A DNA stretch of 64,000 nt from Bacteroidota bacterium (GTDB lineage Bacteria; Bacteroidota; Bacteroidia; AKYH767-A; OLB10): the NCBI GenBank assembly GCA_963169675.1, contig CAUJFJ010000009.1, positions 256 through 64,255 of the forward strand. Reading direction: 5' to 3'. The notes beneath the pieces are model-generated. The model was not told the origin of the DNA, ran no database searches, and saw only the letters and a program-made list of their open reading frames with translations. The translations under genes and the position numbers were made by a program. Below, piece by piece: positions 57,355 through 64,000 of this stretch (position 1 is the stretch's first letter; the number at the start of each line of letters is the position of its first letter).

Positions 57355-59406
57355 ATGAAAAAATCTATACTATTTATTGCAATGCTATTTGCTTGCATTA
57401 GTGTACAGGCGCAATATTATTACGCTCCGTATACCAATGATCCCGCTACCAATCCCGGCGGATTAAATAATGATGACGAGTATCCTGTTGGCGGCGGACT
57501 TGCAACAACCTGGACCACCATTCAGGGATCGAGTGCATCTCCTGCATGGAGTGCCGTGCAAACACTTCCATTCCCATTTAATTTTAATGGCAGTCCTGTT
57601 ACTACCTATAAAATTTCAACAACCGGAATCTTAACATTTGATGTTGCAACCGCATTAGCACCACCATCATCAGCATCTCAATTATTACCATCCGCATTAA
57701 TACCTGACAACTCTGTTTGTGTTTGGGGTTTACAGGCAACCGGTGCTAATGATAATATTGTTGTTAAAACATTTGGTACTGCACCAAACCGTCAGTACTG
57801 GATTTTCTTCACATCTTATTCTATTCCCGGAAATACAGCAGGCTGGACTTACTGGTCGATTGTTCTGGAAGAAACAAGCAACAAAATTTACCTTGTTGAT
57901 CAGCGCACAAACGGATTGTTGAATATGTCGCTTGGTATTCAATTGAACAGCACAACAGCATACCCTGTTGCAGGTTCGCCGAATATCGGAACGCTTGGCG
58001 CAAATGATCCAACCCGCACCGACAACAATTACTATGAATTTATCTATGGTGTTCAACCAGCTTACGATGCAGCTACTTTAGATATCACCACTTATCCTTA
58101 TCTCACATTAGGTTCAAATGATATCACAGGTACGCTTATTAACTTTGGATCTACTACTATTACATCATTGACATTAAACTATACAATCAACAGTGGTGCA
58201 CCAGTAACAGATGTTGTTACAGGAGTATCTATTGCACCATTTTCATCTTATAGTTTCACCCATAGCACACCATGGGTTTCAACAGTAACGGGATCATACG
58301 CCGTTGAGTGCTATGCATCTAATTTGAACGGAAATCCCGATCAGAATACTGCAAATGATGTTGCCACCAAAACGTTGAATATTTTAACTGCACTTGTACA
58401 ACGTACACCATTATTTGAAATTTTCACAAGTTCAACTTGTCCTCCTTGCTTTCCAGGTAATACCAATTTCCACAACATCATAGATTCGATTCCTCCATCA
58501 CAGCATGTGGTTATCAAGTTCCAGCAGGACTTCCCCGGAAGCGGTGATCCATACACCACCGATGAAGGATTGGCAAGACGTGCATATTATGGAATTAATT
58601 CAATTCCACGTCAGGAAAATGATGGTGGTTGGGATGGAAACTCAAACGGATTTACTTATCAGTTGTATAGTGATGCACGTGCAGTACCTGCTCAATATAT
58701 GATTGATGGAACTTATTCAGAAGATACTATTGCAAGAACCTGGTCGGCAACAGTTCGTTACTCTCCATTGTTTGATGCATTGGGTTCAATTTTGCAGGTT
58801 GGAATTATTGAAAAAAGAACAGAACTGAATGTGAAGACAAATCAGGAAACGGAATTTTTTAATGTGATGAAAAAGATGTTACCTACAGAATTTGGAACAA
58901 CATTGCAAAACATTCCTGCAGGAACATGGGATAGTGTTTCTGTTGCTTATACATTTAATGGCAACTACCGACTCCCGCCCAACGGACAAACCAATTTGAT
59001 CAATCATGCTATTGAACACTCTGTTGAAGAGTTTAGTGATCTGGCAATGACTGCATGGATTGAATCACCATCAAATCCAAAGCAGGTTTATCAGGCAGCT
59101 AACCTGGTTAAAACATCTGCTACCGGCATTTTTACTATGAATCAAACTATTGATGCAATTGACATTTATCCAAGTCCCGCAACGGATTTCACCTTTGTGG
59201 AAATCGCATTGAATAATACTGAAAAGCTTAAAATTCAATTGATGGATGCATCAGGTCGCACCATCGAAGTTCGTAACATTACAGCTGCTGCTGGAACAAC
59301 CATCGAGAAATTTGATGTGAGTACTCTCGCAGGCGGATTATACCACCTCGCTGTCAGCGACAGTAAAAACAATTCGTTTGTAAAGCGAATTGTGGTGGTG
59401 AAGTAA
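57355..59406 (+). CDS. Large secreted protein of unknown function with a T9SS C-terminal sorting domain
   Basis: Start at ATG 57355 for the signal peptide MKKSILFIAMLFACISVQAQ. C-terminal IYPSPATDFTFVEIA...GLYHLAVSDSKNNSFVKRIVVVK CTD. Confidence 0.55.
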   Translation: MKKSILFIAMLFACISVQAQYYYAPYTNDPATNPGGLNNDDEYPVGGGLATTWTTIQGSSASPAWSAVQTLPFPFNFNGSPVTTYKISTTGILTFDVATALAPPSSASQLLPSALIPDNSVCVWGLQATGANDNIVVKTFGTAPNRQYWIFFTSYSIPGNTAGWTYWSIVLEETSNKIYLVDQRTNGLLNMSLGIQLNSTTAYPVAGSPNIGTLGANDPTRTDNNYYEFIYGVQPAYDAATLDITTYPYLTLGSNDITGTLINFGSTTITSLTLNYTINSGAPVTDVVTGVSIAPFSSYSFTHSTPWVSTVTGSYAVECYASNLNGNPDQNTANDVATKTLNILTALVQRTPLFEIFTSSTCPPCFPGNTNFHNIIDSIPPSQHVVIKFQQDFPGSGDPYTTDEGLARRAYYGINSIPRQENDGGWDGNSNGFTYQLYSDARAVPAQYMIDGTYSEDTIARTWSATVRYSPLFDALGSILQVGIIEKRTELNVKTNQETEFFNVMKKMLPTEFGTTLQNIPAGTWDSVSVAYTFNGNYRLPPNGQTNLINHAIEHSVEEFSDLAMTAWIESPSNPKQVYQAANLVKTSATGIFTMNQTIDAIDIYPSPATDFTFVEIALNNTEKLKIQLMDASGRTIEVRNITAAAGTTIEKFDVSTLAGGLYHLAVSDSKNNSFVKRIVVVK

Positions 59407-59432
59407 TGAACTAATGACTTTATTAAAAGGAA

Positions 59433-59464
59433 GTCCCTGCCACTCAACGGCAGGGACTTTTTTA
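59433..59464 (+). terminator. Rho-independent terminator (GTCCCTGCC-ACTCAAC-GGCAGGGAC + T7)
   Basis: A 9-bp GC-rich perfect stem followed by a T-run, 27 nt after the stop of CDS 57355..59406. Confidence 0.7.
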
Positions 59465-59583
59465 TTTTAGAGTGATTTGGTAGTTTGATTTTTTATTTGG
59501 ATAATGGATAATTTTTATCAAAATCAAGCCATTATTTTTAAAGGCAAAGTATTTGTAATGCCGGAAGTAGAAAATTTCTGGCT

Positions 59584-60516
59584 TTAAAGGTTCTTTATTT
59601 TCTTTTGGATTTCTAAAAATTCGTCAAGTGGTTTAGCGGGATTGCCTGTCCATGTTTCATTGTCAGGAATACTTTTTGTGACAACAGCGGCAACACCAAC
59701 AGTTACATTGTTGCCAATTTGAATAGTGTCTCTGAGTGAAGCAGAAGGCGCAATCCATGAATAATCACCTATTTTAGTGCTTCCACCAATCATAGAATTA
59801 GCAATTACTGCAGTATGCTTACCTATGATAACGTTATGAGCTATGTGAACAAGGTTATCGATTTTTGCTCCATAGCCTATTTGGGTATTTCCTAATGTGC
59901 CACGGTCTATGCACGTGTTTGAACCTATTTCAACATCGTCCTCAATAATGACACCACCAATGTGGGGAAATTTTTCTAATTCTCCGTCTGTATTTTTTTC
60001 ATAGCCAAATCCATCTGCTCCGATAACAGTTCCGGCATGAATAATTACGTTTTTCCCAATTTTAACATTGTCATATATGTAATTGTGGCCATAAATTATG
60101 CACCCTTCATTTATTTCACATTTACCTATATATGTAAATGGCCCAATATGTGATTTTTTATTAACTATCGCTTCGGGATGTACGTACGCTGTTGGATGAA
60201 TTCCCCAAGCAGGTAAAATTGAAAATAATGATTTAACAGCTCTTAAAAAAGCTAATCTAGGATTTTCAACTACAACAAAATACTTATTCTTAAATTTTGA
60301 AGTGTCGATTTTGTTGTCACAGATTATAACAGATGCCAATGAGTTTTCGATCAATCCATCTTTATCACTACGGCTCGACGAAATCCATGTAAGTGAATTT
60401 GAGTCAGCATCAAAGATAGATTTTGCATTGACAAAAGTGATATCAGATCTATCTCCTACGAATTGTATGTTTTCGCCGAGTGCGTTTTGTAAATCTTTTA
60501 TTGAAAAAATTTGCAT
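59584..60516 (-). CDS. LpxD-family hexapeptide-repeat N-acyltransferase (left-handed beta-helix)
   Basis: [12 protein letters not shown]...IGPFTYIG...[16 protein letters not shown]...[21 protein letters not shown]...[18 protein letters not shown] is close to the LpxD core. Confidence 0.55.
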   Translation of the reverse strand: MQIFSIKDLQNALGENIQFVGDRSDITFVNAKSIFDADSNSLTWISSSRSDKDGLIENSLASVIICDNKIDTSKFKNKYFVVVENPRLAFLRAVKSLFSILPAWGIHPTAYVHPEAIVNKKSHIGPFTYIGKCEINEGCIIYGHNYIYDNVKIGKNVIIHAGTVIGADGFGYEKNTDGELEKFPHIGGVIIEDDVEIGSNTCIDRGTLGNTQIGYGAKIDNLVHIAHNVIIGKHTAVIANSMIGGSTKIGDYSWIAPSASLRDTIQIGNNVTVGVAAVVTKSIPDNETWTGNPAKPLDEFLEIQKKIKNL

Positions 60517-60529
60517 AGTTATTTTTTAT

Positions 60530-61279
60530 TTACCAATCAATATCTGATCGACCATGTAACTTTAAGAAGTTTTCGTAACTGGTTCTTACATATGCTGAAC
60601 GCCCTTCAATACATCTTAGTACCCGCTGTTTTGGCGAAAGGATTTCTTCCTGCCACCATTCGGGATGGGTAAGTATTTGTAAAGATCCTGATTTGCTTTC
60701 TTTTAAAACATCTTCAAGTCTTTTATATCGCCAGTATCCATTTGAATCACTGCAATATCCGATATCTTTATGAAATCTTTTGGCGTATGTGTTTATTAAG
60801 CCTGCATAAGTATTTTCATTGCAGCTCAACTCAAATTCAAATGGATTATGGAAAGAGAAAGCTTTGATTTTTGTTTGAAGGATTTCCCCTAGAAAGGATG
60901 ATTCAATATTTAAATACTTTTCAAGGGTTTCAACATCCTGAATATTGTAAAAAGATGCATCAAAGTGAAGTCCAATTTCATGTCCAAGATTAGAAATGCT
61001 CTTGAAGCATTCTGTATTAACATTTTCTAATAAATTGTAGAATTCACTGTGGAAAAGCAGAAAAAAAGTTGATTTTACTCCTTCTTCATTTTCAATCTTA
61101 GCGAGCTTCAAAGCTGATTGTGGAGAGTAATCAACATCGTGCCTCCATAAAATACTGCCTTCGGCAATTTGTTTTTCAGTAAATTGTATGAAATTGTATT
61201 TCGACTTTGCCAGTCGTAACAGCTTTCTGTAGTTTTCTCTTGTGAAGTCTGAAAAATGATATTCAGTGGAATTGGTCAT
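60530..61279 (-). CDS. Polysaccharide-deacetylase-like (divergent NodB-type) protein
   Basis: A weak HDVDYS...STFFLL pattern, placed in a glycan-modification gene context. Confidence 0.35.
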   Translation of the reverse strand: MTNSTEYHFSDFTRENYRKLLRLAKSKYNFIQFTEKQIAEGSILWRHDVDYSPQSALKLAKIENEEGVKSTFFLLFHSEFYNLLENVNTECFKSISNLGHEIGLHFDASFYNIQDVETLEKYLNIESSFLGEILQTKIKAFSFHNPFEFELSCNENTYAGLINTYAKRFHKDIGYCSDSNGYWRYKRLEDVLKESKSGSLQILTHPEWWQEEILSPKQRVLRCIEGRSAYVRTSYENFLKLHGRSDIDW

Positions 61280-62331
61280 TGTTTTTTTCGAATGATATTA
61301 GAATAAGTGTCGAGTAAAATCGGAATCACGGTATTTATCTCATGGTATTTCAAAATATAATTCCTCGACTTTACTCCCGTTTCTGCAAGAATAGATTTAT
61401 TTGAAAGAATTGAAAGAATTACTGATTCAATATTCGATGGATTCGCATTAACTATTGGGCAATCATTTGGAAATTCATTGAATAATACAGAATCCTTCAT
61501 ATATGAAATTACCGGTTTCCCAAATGCCATCGCTTCCATGGCAGCCATTCCATAATTTCCAGAGATTAGTTGATCAATATACAAATCGCATTTCTTTATA
61601 TTCTCAAGCGCTTCATGGTGTTTCATGTTCTTTATGAGAACAAAATCAAAGTTATGATTTTTTCTTAAGTTTTCAATAGCCTTTTCAATATAAATTGTTC
61701 CTTTTCCTACCGGTGCCGTCGGTGCATGAACAATCAGAGGTCTTTTATTTTCGGATTTAGGCGGTGAAAATTCAAATTTAGAAGTATCGATTCGTTGGAA
61801 GACTTTATATGGGTTCGGAAAGATGCTTTTGTCGATGTATTGTCCCATGCCCGGCATTGCAATTACATCAAATCCGGCCCGGGCAAATTTCAACTGAGTT
61901 GACTTTGAGTTTTCAGCGCTTTCATAAGGATATTCATATCCATTATTAAAAACAGCTTTGTAATAAGGGTTGTCGGCAAATTCAATCTCGGGATTTCTTA
62001 TGTCGGAACCAACAAACTCGACTACTGCTGGTTTTTTGAGTCGTTTGATCACCGGCAAAGTAATTGATAGAAGCGGATTACTGAAACTACCGCACCAGTG
62101 AATTACATCAGCCCACTTTGCAAGTTCATAGAAACGAGCATACCATTTGGCAATAGTGATATATTTTGTCAGACTGCCTTTCTTGAAATTATAAACTTCC
62201 ATACCGTCACTCGATTGCATGATGGTGCTGTCTAATATCAATCCTTTTGCTTCGTGTCCTGCCTGATTCAGTGCCTTTACCGTGATGGCAGGCATTGAAG
62301 CAATATTGGTTGGCAGGTGAAGAACTTTCAT
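61276..62331 (-). CDS. GT-B fold glycosyltransferase (GT4-like)
   Basis: C-terminal EAMAFGKPVI motif typical of GT4/GT1-family retaining glycosyltransferases. Confidence 0.55.
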   Translation of the reverse strand: MKVLHLPTNIASMPAITVKALNQAGHEAKGLILDSTIMQSSDGMEVYNFKKGSLTKYITIAKWYARFYELAKWADVIHWCGSFSNPLLSITLPVIKRLKKPAVVEFVGSDIRNPEIEFADNPYYKAVFNNGYEYPYESAENSKSTQLKFARAGFDVIAMPGMGQYIDKSIFPNPYKVFQRIDTSKFEFSPPKSENKRPLIVHAPTAPVGKGTIYIEKAIENLRKNHNFDFVLIKNMKHHEALENIKKCDLYIDQLISGNYGMAAMEAMAFGKPVISYMKDSVLFNEFPNDCPIVNANPSNIESVILSILSNKSILAETGVKSRNYILKYHEINTVIPILLDTYSNIIRKKQ

Positions 62332-62370
62332 TCTGATATTAATTTTGGAATAGAAATGATATGCTGTCTC

Positions 62371-63249
62371 TTAAGCTTTAATCCCTCGCATGGTTATTCC
62401 GTAAAAATCAACAAACTCGTGTGTGATTTTGAGTCCGGCATCTTTAAACCAGGTCCGTATTTCTTCCAATGAATGTCGCGAACAATCCTGTGGATGATAC
62501 CAGTCGTAATTGATAGCAGCATTTTCCTCGAAAGAAAGATTATTATTCCAGAAACACTTCATGAAGAAATGATAAATAAATCGCTGGATATCATATTCTC
62601 CTTCAGGAATGTCGAGTACTTCAATAGCCGGAGTTTTGACTTTTACCTGAAGTTCACTGAGTGTCTTGCTAAGCTCAGTAATTTTTCTGCAAACATCCAT
62701 TGCTTTATCGTATGGCAAATCTATAATCGCATTTCTGATGTAATCATCGGTATACTCTCTTATAGCAGCTTTGATTTTATACACATATATGGCAATTTCA
62801 CCTCCATTTGCAAGTATGCTTACCAGATTATTGAATGCACCAACCGGATTCTTAGTATGGTGTAATACCTCTTGTGAATAAATGAAATCGAACGTACCAA
62901 GGTCGCTGAGGTCACCCAACAAATCTTTTTGGTGAACAGATACATTGCTGAGGTTCTTCAGATTTTCAGTTGCAACATCAGCTGAAACCAAATCAATACC
63001 TGTCAATGCTGATTCTGAAGGCGCATAGCGCTGCAGCAATGCCGTAACCCGGCCGTTTCCGCATCCGGCATCTAAAATGTGTTTTTTTGTCGCTAAGAAT
63101 GATCGTAATTCATTGCCATCGGCAAAACCGTTACGGTTGAGAATCCAGTTGAATATTTCTGAACCTTCGCGTAACGTTTCTTCAAATGCAAGGTTCGGAT
63201 TGTTATTCCATTTATCGCTAAAGCTTTGGGCGGTATTTGTATCAGTCAT
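62371..63249 (-). CDS. Class I SAM-dependent methyltransferase
   Basis: ILDAGCGNGRVTALL motif I, an acidic motif II and a Rossmann-like layout. Confidence 0.7.
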   Translation of the reverse strand: MTDTNTAQSFSDKWNNNPNLAFEETLREGSEIFNWILNRNGFADGNELRSFLATKKHILDAGCGNGRVTALLQRYAPSESALTGIDLVSADVATENLKNLSNVSVHQKDLLGDLSDLGTFDFIYSQEVLHHTKNPVGAFNNLVSILANGGEIAIYVYKIKAAIREYTDDYIRNAIIDLPYDKAMDVCRKITELSKTLSELQVKVKTPAIEVLDIPEGEYDIQRFIYHFFMKCFWNNNLSFEENAAINYDWYHPQDCSRHSLEEIRTWFKDAGLKITHEFVDFYGITMRGIKA

Positions 63250-64000
63250 ATTTATGTTCGTCTATAGTTAAAGATAAACCTTCTTGTAATGTTGTTTCAG
63301 GTTTGAAATTAATGGATTGGTATAGTTTACTACCATCTCCTGCCAGCCATGCCGGTGTATCAGATGTGATATTCAGGTTTGGGGTTTTTCCAATTTTATC
63401 AGATAATATCTTGACAATTTCCATTAAAGATGCTGTTTCAGGGCCACTAAAATTGTAAATCCCTGACGAAACTGGTTGTTCACTTATTAGGGTCAACATC
63501 TTAACAGCGTCTGCAATATACAATGGTGTAAGATAAATGCCTGCATTTTCAGCCAGAGCAATTGGATCTGAGTTGTATATTTTTTGAATGATGCCGGGAA
63601 TCATCATCCCTTGTTGTCCCGGACCGTATAGTGAAAATACTCTTAAAACAATTGTATCGAAAGTTCCTGAATAAGATTGCACGAGTAATTCTGCACTGAG
63701 CTTCGATGCCGCATAGAAAGAATTTGGTCTGGTTGAGTGAGTTTCTTTCATAAGCTCTTGACGGGGTTCATACACATTCCCGGTTGATGCGTAAATGAAT
63801 TTTTTAACTCCATTTTTTGAAGACCAATCTAGAAGGGATGCTACAGCTGCTGTATTGACAGCAAACATATCAGGTGCACCTGATGGGAAGTTTCTGTATT
63901 GATTTGATTGTGCCAGATAAATTACACAATCAGCGGTTTCGGGAATATTATCAGTAAATGAGGAATTGGACAGATCTGCTGAAATATACTTCACAGTATT
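63242..64000 (-). CDS. NAD-dependent epimerase/dehydratase family protein, 5'-truncated by the window edge
   Basis: The YASTGNVY / YAASK (YxxxK) catalytic region is present. The N-terminal GxxGxxG Rossmann segment would lie beyond 64000. Confidence 0.55.
   Translation of the reverse strand, partial: NTVKYISADLSNSSFTDNIPETADCVIYLAQSNQYRNFPSGAPDMFAVNTAAVASLLDWSSKNGVKKFIYASTGNVYEPRQELMKETHSTRPNSFYAASKLSAELLVQSYSGTFDTIVLRVFSLYGPGQQGMMIPGIIQKIYNSDPIALAENAGIYLTPLYIADAVKMLTLISEQPVSSGIYNFSGPETASLMEIVKILSDKIGKTPNLNITSDTPAWLAGDGSKLYQSINFKPETTLQEGLSLTIDEHKYD

Overview
The window looks like Bacteroidota chromosomal DNA. It is AT-rich, many CDS end in T9SS C-terminal sorting domains, and TonB/SD-independent gene starts are typical. 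It holds about 55 supportable CDS, one tRNA and no rRNA or CRISPR.

Layout by coordinate:
- 1-20.9 kb, housekeeping: a minus-strand operon of a PstS-like substrate-binding protein (truncated at the window edge), a porin and an orphan response regulator. Then ygiD-like DOPA dioxygenase, nadD, gmk, yicC, an EamA transporter, an ArsC/Spx-family protein and scpA. Then a tlpA-like / outer-membrane barrel / Omp28-like / barrel / ubiX operon, a HigB-HigA toxin-antitoxin pair, queG, ruvB, a WD40 protein, a rhomboid protease and methylmalonyl-CoA epimerase.
- 21-30 kb, mixed accessory genes: two T9SS cargo proteins (one PQQ-sugar-dehydrogenase-like), a HAD hydrolase, an SDR oxidoreductase, a CinA-C domain protein, a DUF3606 protein and an FAD-oxidoreductase/Rieske fusion.
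- 30.6-59.4 kb, a dense island of nine large T9SS cargo genes: a GloVer-repeat protein, two unknown paralogs, three SBBP-repeat paralogs, a Reg_prop propeller protein, two tandem M43 zinc metalloproteases and one 700-aa cargo. A lone tRNA-Met(CAT) sits inside the island.
- 59.6-64 kb, the start of a polysaccharide/LPS-type locus: an LpxD-like acyltransferase, a deacetylase-like protein, a GT-B glycosyltransferase, a SAM methyltransferase and a truncated epimerase.

The main signals for the hunt are:
- The 3' end of the tRNA-Met gene is repeated in direct orientation, as 16 nt at 39.4 kb and about 20 nt at 48.5 kb. These repeats delimit tandem att-like segments that carry only T9SS cargo genes and no integrase.
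- A REP-like nested hairpin family, with compensatory stem changes, is scattered through the same island.
- A 5' gene fragment with about 90% nucleotide identity has been transplanted between two distant cargo paralogs.
- Intergenic regions are unusually rich in repeats. These include a 12-bp x 7 plus 24/27-bp x 14 compound array (not CRISPR), a 14-bp minisatellite family at two loci, a 24-bp perfect palindrome in three tandem units, and roughly 170-bp direct repeats flanking one cargo gene.
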